This document shows, piece by piece, positions 1 to 11,349 of a stretch of DNA of 64,000 bases. Every line of letters begins with the position of its first letter. Position 1 is the first letter of the stretch. The notes under the pieces were generated by a model that had not been told where the DNA came from, made no database searches, and saw only the letters and a program-made list of their open reading frames with translations. Source of the stretch: Podarcis pityusensis (Eukaryota); the NCBI GenBank assembly GCA_964106645.2, contig OZ067042.1. One strand, 5' to 3'. A program made the translations under genes and the position numbers.

Positions 1-290
1 CCCTTTCCGCACCACCATTGGAGGGGTAGGCACTTACCCCCGCCCCCAACCAATTTGAACCAATGCCTAACCGCCAACCTTACAAGTTGTGACGATTTGC
101 TACGCAGTAGGCAAAAACCAAATGGCACAAGCCAATCAGCCAAATGGACAAAATTCCGACCAAGCAATTCTCCCCAGCAACCCAATTAACCAATTCACTG
201 CCTGGGTCACTCCACAAATCCGCCCAGCAACACTGGGGTGGCTTGTATCCCCCACTGCAACACGTGCTCTCTGCTAGGGAGAACACGTTT
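1..290. mobile_element. Unclassified repeat end (LTR/DIRS-like), truncated by window edge
   Basis: More C-rich and CpG-rich than the flanking DNA, five CCAAT motifs, imperfect hairpin at ~262-288. Family not recognised. Confidence 0.3.
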
Positions 291-1424
291 AACTGATGAG
301 CAGGATCGCCATGTTCCCCAGTCCAGAGGGAGATGTTAAACTGGTGAAGAACAAGAGTGTACACATCCTCATTACTAAATGATTTACTTGTAGGAATGTT
401 ACATAGCCTTTACGTAGCCTGACTTCTATTGCTGAATGAATGGAAGATTCCTCCTGGATAACATCTATGTAAGTCCATAGTAGTTTAAATCATATCATTT
501 GAATGCAGACTTGTTTCATTCAGCTATGACCTTGTTTTTCCAAGTATATCTGCAAAGTTTATAAAAAAAAATTTTGATCTCATACCTTTACCATCAAGAC
601 CATTGGAAACTGCATGCAGCCAAATGCGCTATAGGGCCACAGTCATATTAAAATACATTTCTAGTTTATTTTGTTTCAGCTGGCTTTATGATGATCCTTT
701 CTTCAATGAAATCAATGGAATTCTCAGAACAAATCAAACATATGCTGTAATAACCTTGATCTTCTTTTGATCTTCTTAAGTGTGGATCTGCGTGATTATA
801 ATTCTGATACAGCTGAAAGAAACAATACGTTTTTGCACAGTGCAACACAAGACACCCAGAATTACAGAAGTAATTCTTTTGTAAATTCAATGGGTTTTTT
901 TATTAAAGGAAAAGAAAAGAGTCTCCTGGTTGATTCTTATGTACCTGGTAAAGGACAATGATGCCAGAGAAACAAAAACTTCTGCTGCTTTGTGTTGTAT
1001 CACCTTCATCATATCACCTATCTGCAGTGTCACTACATGCCATCATCAGTCCTATTTCTGTCTTTATTACTGAAACTCTGCCAAAGTGCTTACTGACAAG
1101 TGCTTACTCTTCCCCACCATGACCCTATCCCAATATGGGACATACCCAGCAGAAAAGGTCCGCTGCTACCCTGGAGACTTCATGCATATTGTATCAAAGA
1201 GCCTTCCATGACAAGAGAGACCCAGTTGGATTCCCTGGCTACAGAGACACAGTTGTATACAATTCATAACCATCAATTGTCTACTAAACTTTAAATTATG
1301 TAGAATTAGCAACGGGTTGATGACCCTGTAGATCATCAGGAAGGAAGGAAGGAACCATAACACATACTCAGGATCTTCAGCACAAGCATGTGGACCTGCT
1401 ATCTGAGCTCTTGGAAGATTGCTT

Positions 1425-1488
1425 CTGTTGGAAACAAGATGTTGGGACTAGATGGCTTTTTTTATCTGACCCAGCAACACAGTTCTTA
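1425..1488 (+). mobile_element. CR1 LINE 3' end fragment
   Basis: aaacaagatgttgggactagatggc...tctgacccagca...ttctta resembles the CR1 3' terminus also seen at 28107-28170 (minus) and 33095-33120. Confidence 0.45.
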
Positions 1489-2352
1489 AATATGGCACTA
1501 TGAAGTCGTCAGTGGTTATAAACAAATTCTAGAGTTCACCAATTTTTGCATTTTTTAAATGCAAAAGCAATGTGTGATTAGTAAATGAAGACCAAACTAA
1601 TTTAAGCACATTTATTCCATTAAAAACCATAAGCTTTTCCAGTGTAATACATGGAAGGATTACTTGGCACTGGGCTGGGTCTGCTCTTCTAAGCTAGCCA
1701 TTTTTATCTCACAACTCTGACATTTAAAATCTTTTGGCAAGAATCTCATTTATTATGCATTGTCAGCCTAATTCATTATTTGTGTGACTTTATAGGCAGA
1801 AAAAGAAATAATGGATTATATCAACTGCATGTCACTTAATGAAGATAAAGAGTAACTTAATTTCCATATTAATTTCTCTATTAAAATGACAGTAGGTAGT
1901 AGTGTAACCTTTGGGGTCAGGTTAATTGTTTCAGTTATGGGCGTCTAGACAAAGTATAATGTAGTTTTAAGTTTCCATATGCTCCTGATCCATTTTATTC
2001 TCAAGCACCAGCACTGCCACCCCTCTTGTGAAAGTTAATTGGGAAAAGAATGTTCAGAGTTGAAGGGCAGCATTTCTTATAGGAGCAGTTTCCATTTGCC
2101 CTAGTGATTTATATGAACGTGCACATTAGAGCAATGTCGTATCATTCGTTTCAAAATGTCAGTTGTGGAGTGAAGAGACCCTGGAGTCGAATCTTCTCTT
2201 TTTTTAAATGTGTGGATTCTCCCATGGGTCTTTTGTTGCCATGGAAAGAGTTGTGCTCCTGTCCCCATGCTTACTTTTTGTGCTTTTTCTTAGGTTGCAA
2301 CTATTAAGGGTATAATGCAAGTGTTCCCATGTTAAAGCTGCGGGGGGCACTA

Positions 2353-2699
2353 AAGGTAAAGGGACCCCATACCATTAGGTCCAGTTGCGGACGACTCTGG
2401 GGTTGCGGCGCTCATCTTGCTTTATTGGCCACGGGAGCCAGTGTACAGCTTCCAGGCCATGTGGCCAGCATGACTAAGCCGCTTCTGGCAAACTAGAGCA
2501 GTGCACAGAAACGCTGTTTACCTTCCCGCCAGAGTGGTATCTATTTATCTACTTGCACTTTGATGTGCTTTTGAACTGCTAGGTTGGCAGGAGCTGGGAC
2601 CGAGCAACGGGAGCTCACCCCGTCACGGGGATTCGAACCGCCTACCTTCTGATCAGCAAGCCCTAGGCTCTGTCGTTTAACCCACAGCGCCACCCGCGT
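2353..2699 (-). mobile_element. Sauria SINE (Squam1), full length
   Basis: tRNA-like head with B box (ggttcgaatccc on minus), catgactaagccgcttct body and tttacctt tail. 9-bp TSD ggggcacta at 2344-2352 and 2700-2708. Confidence 0.95.
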
Positions 2700-3447
2700 G
2701 GGGCACTATTATCCATAAATGCTATGCATACATAAACTTTGATATCCATTTTCTTTACTGCCTGCCAAAACTCCTAATGAGCTCAAAGATAGTATGGAGT
2801 AAGTGTGAAACATAAGCCCAAACTAAGCCCTCACTTGTAAAAGAGGGAATCATGAAACAGTCTCTTTTGGTTTCTCATTGGATTTACTTGCTAGGTTTTA
2901 AGCTTCTAAAAACTCAAGTTTTCAATGTAACAATAGGAAATGAATGTCCATGGCTGCAATTCTGTGAGGCCATTGAACTTATTGACTTACTTCCAAGAGA
3001 ATCTGCTGAGGACTGGACTTCATACTTTTAAATCCACAAGAACCATGATCACCATAGGCGTGGTAATACTAAGCCAAACTATTAGTAAGCTTGAATGAGT
3101 GAGTGTGTGAGTGCATGGAGGGAAAATTGTGCCTATGCATCTCTTCCTCGTTCCTGCTTCTGCCATTGTACCCAAAGCTAGGCTATGGTTTGACCTAGCA
3201 TTATTATGTCTGAACCCAGGCTTATGGTTTGTCTTACTTGAGAAAAACCACCAGCTGTAGCCACAGTTTGTTTTTAGCCTTGTAGGCCTGTGAACATTTG
3301 GGACTTACCTGGTTGTTTTCTTTGTTTTTGATGCTCTTAACTACATTAGTACTCAGCACTTGACTTGGAGATGAGGCTGAATTTGAAAGCTTGTTGGATG
3401 CAGGAAATTGCTGTAATGGAAATAGAGATAGATGTTGCATGCATATA

Positions 3448-3467
3448 TGTGTGTGTGTGTGTGTGTG
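3448..3467. repeat. (TG)10 microsatellite
   Basis: Read directly from the sequence. Confidence 0.95.
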
Positions 3468-4057
3468 CGTGCATGTGCTGCATGTATGCTGTTGGATCCT
3501 TTATTTTCAAAAATGTCAAGCAGCTTGAAGATTAAAATGAAAAGCAAACCAACTTCACATAACATAAGGTCATGGGGGAGGGAAACCCTTAGAATTTGCA
3601 GCAGAATAGAAGAGCTACAGTATGCATTCACATAATAAATATCTGTGTTTTCTACATCTCTTTTAAGTTTTCCGTGAACAATTTATAGCCATACTTTGCA
3701 AACATTAAACCTTCACAAGAACCCTATCCACATTAATTAGTCTGATCCGTGGACATTCTATGTTCTAGGAAATTATTATTCTGATATGCACACCCATTCC
3801 CGTTGATGTGTTGTTCAGGCTTGTTGTTGACCTATGTGAGGAAAGAGTGTCCCCAAACATACTATGCTCTCTCAGGTGGTTGCACATTTCAAGGAATACC
3901 AACAATGGTGGGCAAACTGTCTTTCAGAGATAATTGTTAGGTAATTTTTATTATTATTATTATTTTAGAACAAATATTTCCATGTGATTGACAATTCACA
4001 AAGTAACCAAATATCTCCTAGATTTAATCCAAGTATGTATCTTGTTTAGGTATTTAT

Positions 4058-4503
4058 TGTCAGGAGTTCAGCCTACACTCGAGTAGGACTCTGGCAGAGA
4101 CACATGCCCGACTGGCATGTTCCCTCCCTCTTGGTCGATCATTCGGGATCTTCAAAAGCTTTCTCCTGCCCGAACATCACAGCGACCGATGCCAATCGAC
4201 ACCGGCACACTTAGGGGTCCACAGAGTTTGCACAGTTGCGTAACAGACCTCAGCAACTCAGCATTTTAGCTAATCTACTTTATTTACATATAAACACACA
4301 CGGAACAGTGCAACATGGCTCCCTCTCTATCTAGCATCAGACAGCAAAGAGAAAAAGAACAAAGGGCAATAGTCCCACTTCATGGAACACAGTAACACAA
4401 ACATCCTGTCTTCGTCACTTCCCACTCTTTGGAGTCAAAACATATACCGTCATGTGAAAGACAAAAATCCTATGACTGCAATCATGGAGCAGGAATTCTA
4501 ACA
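4058..4503 (-). mobile_element. Solo LTR
   Basis: TG...CA ends (tgtcagga / ttctaaca), 5-bp TSD tttat at 4053-4057 and 4504-4508, AATAAA on minus near 4280. Confidence 0.85.
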
Positions 4504-5354
4504 TTTATATATACACCGTAGTAGTTGGTTTATTCTCAGAGTTTGCCTCCAATGCAATGACAGGTGTATTACTCTAATCAGCCTTAATGGCATGAAATGT
4601 TTCTAAACATTTGCAAGCCATCATTTCCTTTTACTTTTTAAATTCCTTATTTTTATCTTGGATTCTGTCCCAAACATCTGAAAGCTAATTCATTTATATT
4701 TGTTTTGTGTACACACACAGGCACATTGAAATTTGTTTGCAAGCAGCAATTCAAATTGAGGAAGAGGGGGTAAAAAAGGCTTCTCAGTTATCAGCAGCAG
4801 GCAGTTTTATCCCAGGAATTATGTGGTCAATGCTAGAGGTTTATAAATGTCAAAAATCCTAATAAGCTTTGATTATGTCAGGGGTTGCTTTTCCATTCTT
4901 CTCAAGAGGAGCATGTTTCTGTATAATGTGAAATGGTAGCAAAATGTCTGCTGTTAAGAGGTCACAATATGAATTTGATTATTATCCTAGAATAGTTGCA
5001 AGCTTTTGATTCCACCAGGTTTCCCAGTGCGTTCAAGTCAATTTTGTGGCTGGCATATTGCTCAGCTTTGCTGAATCAGATCCAAAGCAGATTTGGCAGG
5101 CTCAGATTCTAGGAATGACATTATTCTAGGCTACAAGAGGGATTGCTCCATGACTTGACTTGCCCTCATGCTTCTTTTCACAGGTGTTGCTCAGCTTCTT
5201 ACAACCAGATGCCAGAAATAGCAGGAAAAGTGGGCTGGGGGAAGCTTATCTTATGCATAAGAGAGATCAGACCTGCAACTTGGCTATATTAGCAGTTGTC
5301 AGATTTGGAATGGCCCTTCAACAATCCAACAGGTTGTAGTGTCAGATGGATATA

Positions 5355-5573
5355 CAGTGGTACCTCTACTTACAGATGCGATCCGTTCTGGGGTGCCGTT
5401 CACACCCTGAAAAGTCTGTAAGTAGAGCGCAGCTTCTGCACGTGCGTGTGACATGATAGAGCGCTCCTGCGCATGCACGAAGCGGCGAATCCGGAAGTAA
5501 ACACTTCCGGGTTTGCCGCGTTCGTAACCTGAAAAAATGCAATGTGAAGCAAACGCAGCTCGAGGTATGACTG
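5355..5573. mobile_element. Tigger/pogo-like MITE (Tc1/mariner superfamily)
   Basis: TA flanks, TIR cagtggtacctc...gaggtatgactg, internal hairpin ccggaagt-aaac-acttccgg. Confidence 0.85.
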
Positions 5574-6382
5574 TAATGTTAAGCTTGTTACAAATGCATG
5601 GCCCATGGCTGGTGAGCGTTGCCAGAACTGTTGCTGGAAGAGTTGCTTCCAGCTTGTGATTCCATGTACCTCTGAGGTCTTTTCTGGTTGCGGGGCCTGA
5701 GTGGATTGGGCCAGAGCTCCAGATGACCCCCTTGTTCAGTGAACTGACACAGGGTTTGCAATACCCCTGCAAAAGGGTTGTGTTGTCTACGAGTGATGAA
5801 CATTTATAGTCCTGCCTACATAGTGCCACAGGAATTGAGTTCGAAGCCTCTTGTCCAAGCATGCTAGTTAACCCTACCCCGAATATAAAAGCTTACCCCT
5901 TGGGTAAGAAGTGCTTCATTAGTTTACAATTTCTATAGAATTCAATGATGACATTTGCCCTGTATTTTCATTTCAGAATTATGGCTTAACACTATAGATA
6001 TTAATTTTCTGCAAGAGTTATTTCCCTCATCATTAGGTAGTTATTTTTGAGATGCTTAAACTTGTTCTCCCTGACAGTGGTTTAAAGGAGCATTCAGGGA
6101 ATGTAATTGGTTGGGAAATTACACTCTTTACTACTGCTTCATGAATGCAGCTTTTTGCATGTTATCAGAAATAATTTTGCTCTCTTGTTTGCGTCAGCTT
6201 CTTCACTCTCCAAAGACTGAAAGCAAAGCTCTCAAAAGATACGAATAAGATAATAATCACCCTACAGAATACCCCACACTGTTTCTTTAGCAAGAAAAAA
6301 TGAGAGGGGCGGCGATTGTATATGGATTGGCATGCAATATATAGTTTCCCCCAAAACCATGGTAACAAAAACATAGTTCTTT

Positions 6383-6503
6383 TTTAAAAAAAAAATCACA
6401 CGAAAGCTCATACCAATAACAAACTTAGTTGGCCTCTAAGGTGCTACTGGAAGGAATTTTGTTTGTTTGTCTATGGCAGACCAACATGGCTACCTACCTG
6501 TAA
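6383..6503 (+). mobile_element. Penelope-like element terminal fragment
   Basis: cacgaaagctcatacc...ttagttggcctctaaggtgctactgg...agaccaacatggctacc resembles reptile Penelope termini. 10-bp direct repeat atagttcttt at 6373-6382 and 6504-6513. Confidence 0.7.
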
Positions 6504-6683
6504 ATAGTTCTTTCAAATAATCAATTATGGAAAGTAGCAAGTCTTTTTTTCTTTGGTTGCTTTGGGAAGGGTTCCCCAGATATATGCTGGATGTTTCTTG
6601 TTGTGCATGGCCTACTCAGGGCCAATCACCGCATGCAAACATGTAATAAAATGGGGGGTGGGGGTGGCAAAGACTAACAGAAT

Positions 6684-7355
6684 TATTTATTTATTTTAAA
6701 AATTTATTTATTTTTTCTCATTATAACAAAAATAAATGTACACAACCAATTTAAGACTCCAAATCTTAATATCGACCTCCCCCCTTTTTGTGGTTACTTA
6801 TATATATTTACCACTGCATATCCAATTCAAATCTGTTTACTGGTTATCCTCTATGTTCTATTCAAGTTATTCTTACTGCATGTTTTTATGTGAATCCTAC
6901 TAATGATTTAAGCTGTTTACAACAATTCTTCAACTAATCTATAAATTCTCCCCTTTTATATTAAAACATCTCTTTTCTTGGTTTCTTAATCTTCTGGTAA
7001 GTTTCGCCATTTCTGCATACTCCATCAGTTTTTGTTGCCAATCTCCCTTGTTTGGAACCATTTCCTCTTTCCATCTCTGGGCATATATCATTCGAGCACC
7101 TGTGGTATCATACATAAATACTTTTTTTCCTGTTCATTGGGTACCTCTGAACCAATTATTCCTAAGAGAAAAGCTTCCTGTTTTAAAATAAAAGTTATCT
7201 TCAACATTTTTATCAACTCATTTTAAATCATTTCCCAGAATGCTTTTGCCACCTTACATATGGAAAAAGGCACCCTCTTTCTTGTTACACTTCCAACAGA
7301 TATCTGATTCTGACACATATTTTTTGCTAATTTACTAGATGTCAAATACCATCCA
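6684..7355 (-). mobile_element. L1-clade LINE 3' end, decayed ORF2 C-terminus plus 3' UTR
   Basis: Broken minus-strand translation (ICWKC..FFHM..AFWEMI..EAFLLGI..RWK..WQQKLMEYAEMAKLT) parallels the ORF at 43405-43935. A-rich tail at ~6684-6720. Confidence 0.85.
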
Positions 7356-8607
7356 AGGACTAACAGATTTATTATGGCATAAGCTTTTTTGGAGTACAGT
7401 TATCCGATGCCAATACCCACCCCCTTCAGCTGCTTTCCATAAAACAGAAGCTGCCAGTGGGGGTCTTTCTATTTCCTTTTTCTTGTAATGTGAGGCTGCA
7501 GTTATCAAGTGATAAATATACAGGCGAACAATCCTTAAAAAATACCAAGACTGAGGGTAAAAATGCACAGCCAGTGCTGACTTCCATCACAGATCAAATA
7601 TCACAGGCTTTTTACATCATTCCAGATCTCCTATCTGTGATGCAAGTCACCACTTAATAATAAATAAGTTTTGGAAACAATCAACGAATTTAGTCATTAG
7701 GCCTAAAAACCTGGCCTTATTTATCTATACAGACATGCATCTTAAGTGCTGTACACATATGATTTATTTCTTTTGATTGCCCTGATTGTATTTGTTAGTA
7801 CAAGAAAGATATTATTTTTCCCTGGAAGGAAATGGATAAAGATATTGGAAAGAAGAGATACTGCTTTTTAAAATCTTCTCGTGTAAAGCCCCCTCTTCTT
7901 TGGGAGCTGTTTATAACAAAATGGCTTATACTGACCAATCAGATCAGTATTAAATTTAACTACAGAGATGGGCAGTGACCCTCCGGGGTAGTAGTATAAC
8001 CCTGCTATCTCAGATACTGTCTTTATTAAATATGGCCCATGCAAAATATGTACTCTACTGGTGAGTAAGAGCCCTTCCTATATCCCAGGAATTTGCTCAC
8101 ACCTGTGTCTCTAGTTCAGGAGACTAATATGATGTCTGAGGCAGCCTCAGCCAGCACGCATACAAATAGTCAACATGTGCTGAAATTTAATGCCTCTTTA
8201 AAACATGCAAGGAAGAAAAAAGAAGGAATAAAAATGTACTGCATGGTATTTAGTTTCTGAAATAGACTGTGACAGTTAAACCTTTCAGGAGATGAGAGTG
8301 ATCACGATGATTGATTTAAATTTGCTTAGCAGTAGCCATTCAAAATAGCTTTTAAAGTAGACATAATGGAGTTTATCAGCACTGTAAGCAAAAAAAAGTG
8401 TCCTGCCAAGCTCTACAGAACTTAATAGGGCTTGAATGGAAGTGGTACTGGGTTCTCTACACTCATTGAGCCCACTGTAAGCATTTTGGCATATTTCACT
8501 GGCTTCATGCCCCAAGAGAAAATCTCAACCAAATTTGTCGTCTGATGCACAACTATGGACCTGTACTCATCAGTACATATGAGTTGTGATTTTCAGTCAG
8601 GTTATGA

Positions 8608-8859
8608 CAGGGGCCAGCAACCTTTTTCAGCCGTGGGCCGGTCCACCATCCCTCAGACCATGTGGTGGGCCACACTATATTTTGAAAAAATAATAATGAG
8701 CGAATTCCTATGCTCCACAAATAACCCAGAGATGCATTTTAAATAAAAGGTCACCATCTACTCATGTAAAAACATTCTGATTCCCAGACCGCCCGCGGGC
8801 CAGATTGAGAAGGCGATTGGGCCATATCCAGCCCCCGGGCCTTAGTTTGCCTACCCGAG
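8608..8859. mobile_element. hAT-type MITE
   Basis: Ends caggggccagcaacc / tttgcctacccgag, 8-bp TSD ggttatga/ggttataa (7/8). Second copy at 10460-10707. Confidence 0.85.
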
Positions 8860-8929
8860 GGTTATAAAGATGTTTAGGTGTGCTGTCCTCTTCTCACTAA
8901 GTTCCTGAATACTTGCAGTACTTTTCAGC

Positions 8930-9738
8930 AGCAAGACCAGCATGGGCAAAAACAGCAACAGTTTGCAGGGTAGATTCAAGGTCAGGGTCTGAGTAATCAG
9001 AGTCCAAAACGAGGGGGTCAGGCAAATGGCAAGATCAGGGTCCTCCAGCGTCATGTTCCAATTGTCCCGTGGGCAAAGAAGGGAATAAAATGGTACCTCG
9101 GGTTAAGAACTTAATTCATTCTGGAGGTCCATTCTTAACCTGAAACTGTTCTTAACCTGAGGTACCACTTTAGCTAATGGAGCCTCCTGCTGCCGCATGA
9201 TTTCTGTTCTCATCCTGAAGCAAAGTTCTTAACCCAAGGTAATATTTCTGGGTTAGCGGAGTCTGTAACCTGAAGCGTCTGTAACCCGAGGTACGACTGT
9301 ACACACGATAGATTAATTTTATAAATAGTACTCTGGAAGAATGCATGAGACAGGTCACGGGCAATCTACGGTCAGGTTCTGACTAGGAGGCAGGAGATTG
9401 ATAAAGCATAATGTTGGTACAAAGACATTGTTCCAGCTGCTGTTCCAGCCTAGCAGTGGGACTTTTGAGCTGGAGCTGCTGAAACACACCCCGACCTCAG
9501 GTGACTCCTATCACCTATCTTCATCAAGATGTCTCCTTGAGAGGAGGGTCTTATTCCCAAGGAGACCTTGTCTGTAGTTAACTTCTCTAGATGAGACAAG
9601 TTTCTTTCTTGCCCTTCCTCTGCCTTATTTATGGATCCTGACTCCTCACCCCTAGATTGAGCCTGATCCAGGGCTTGGTATAATGCTGGGGATGCCATGT
9701 TGTTCTTTGATGAGGAATTTGCCAGCTGCAACATGACA
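8930..9738. mobile_element. Old LTR-like sequence interrupted by a MITE
   Basis: Repeated ggtcagg motifs and a catgaca end at 9738 resemble a Gypsy-type LTR. Left boundary and TSD not resolved. Confidence 0.3.
9088..9299. mobile_element. Tigger/pogo-like MITE
   Basis: TA flanks, decayed TIR aaatggtacctcggg...cccgaggtacgactg. Same family as 24422, 38708 and 60642. Confidence 0.9.
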
Positions 9739-10459
9739 CACGTGTAAGATAAGTTGCTTTGTTAATAAACGAATGAATGAATGTCTATTATTGCAGTCAA
9801 ACAGCCAGCATTGTTTTGTTACTGACATTTTTTATGCTGACAATGCTTTATTGTTGGTACCGGTATTTTATTGTGCACCACTCTTAGATCCCTTGTACTG
9901 AGGAATAGGGAAATAAATGTTATAAACAGATTAATAACATCACTTGTTTGGAGCATGGTAGGACACTTATGAGTCAGTGTGGGATGGTGAAAAATTATGG
10001 TTGTTGCACCCTAAAAGATTTGTGAGAATAATACAGCAGACATAATACAAGTCCAAACTTGTTCTTCCTCTTCCTTGTAATACTGTTCTTCCTCTCCACA
10101 TAATGATGCAGCCCAGTAAAGGGATTTCAAATGACATTACAGATCAGTCTTTGGTTTATTTCTGTGTATTGAAGTTACATACTGTTCTGCATCGTGGTGT
10201 GGACTCAAGAGATGCTACCTTTATTTTAAATTGTCACTGCCACCACCTTGAAATCTCCTGAATAGAGGCAGGAGACAGTTCAAAATTATGCATAAGTAAG
10301 GAACTGGTCACTGTCAGCTGAATGAGGTTATTAACGTGTACTTCATCTTACAAATTTATAATATTGACTAATCCAGCCTCTGCTAGCCTGTTGCTGTACA
10401 GATTTTTTGCATGACAACTCTCATAAACCCCAGCTAGCATTGGCAAAAAATTGGATTAA

Positions 10460-10707
10460 GGGTCAGCAAACTTTTTCAGCAGAGGGCCCTCAGACCTTGT
10501 CGAGGGCCGGACTATTTTTTTTTTTTTTGGGGGGGGGGGGGAATGAACGAATTCCTATGCCCCACAAATAACCCAGAGATGCATTTTAAATAAAAGCACA
10601 CATTCTACTCATGTAAAAAACACGCTGATTCCTGGACCGTCTGCGGGCCGGATTTAGAAGGCGATTGGGCTGGATCTGGCCCCCGGGCCTTAGTTGGCCT
10701 ACCCATG
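10460..10707. mobile_element. hAT-type MITE (same family as 8608-8859)
   Basis: Shares gaattcctatgc..cacaaataacccagagatgcattttaaataaaag. Flanks gattaag / gattaagc; left TIR tip is missing. Confidence 0.85.
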
Positions 10708-10823
10708 GATTAAGCATTTCTCCCAATGCTTAAAGTAGGCTTAATGAGTATAGCCAATCAAGTACCTCTACCATGCAAGCTCTAATAAGTTTTGCAAAGC
10801 TTGGCAGGGTGCTTACCTTACAG

Positions 10824-10989
10824 CAGATCTTTCTAAACTTTTCATGTTGGTGACACACTTTTTAGCCATGTATCATTTTGTGACACAGTAATTCAGTTTT
10901 ACTAGCAAACCAGAAATTGAACTAATCCCTTTCCAGCCCCGGGAAGAGCATTGGGAATGTTTGCATGACACACAATATGGAAAACTCTG
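10824..10989. mobile_element. hAT-type MITE
   Basis: Ends cagatctttctaaac / ggaaaactctg, perfect 8-bp TSD ccttacag at 10816-10823 and 10990-10997. Confidence 0.8.
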
Positions 10990-11220
10990 CCTTACAGTAT
11001 CAACAGTCTTCATTTGGTTTGATTTTAAATGGCTATGACTAAGCAAATGTAAATTTAAAGCTAGTTACACGTGAGTAATACAAGTCCCAAACTATACATC
11101 AAGTCAGTCAACTTTAGACTTCTGATTTTCATACATTCTGAAGGTTTCAGTTAAAGAATTAAAATAGCAGGCTGCTTTGGAAACAAAAAGAAAACATAAA
11201 CTTTATAACTAACGCACTAG

Positions 11221-11349
11221 AGGCAAACTCGACCCTCCAGATGTTTTTGGCTTACAACTCCCATGATCCCTAGCTAGCAGGACCAGTGGTCAGGGATGAT
11301 GGGAATTGTAGTCTCAGAACATCTGGCGGGCCGAGTTTGCCTATGCCTG
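11221..11349. mobile_element. Palindromic hAT MITE
   Basis: aggcaaactc..ccagatgtt..tacaactcccat / atgggaattgtag..aacatctgg..gagtttgcctatgcctg. TSD cactagag at 11215-11222 and 11350-11357. Confidence 0.85.

Noticed and set aside
666-961. Overlapping 74-aa and 64-aa ORFs with acceptor-like sites
   Set aside because: No recognisable protein and no consistent exon chain on either strand.
5299-5862. 187-aa minus-strand ORF
   Set aside because: Runs through a MITE, resembles no protein I know, and has no supporting exon structure.
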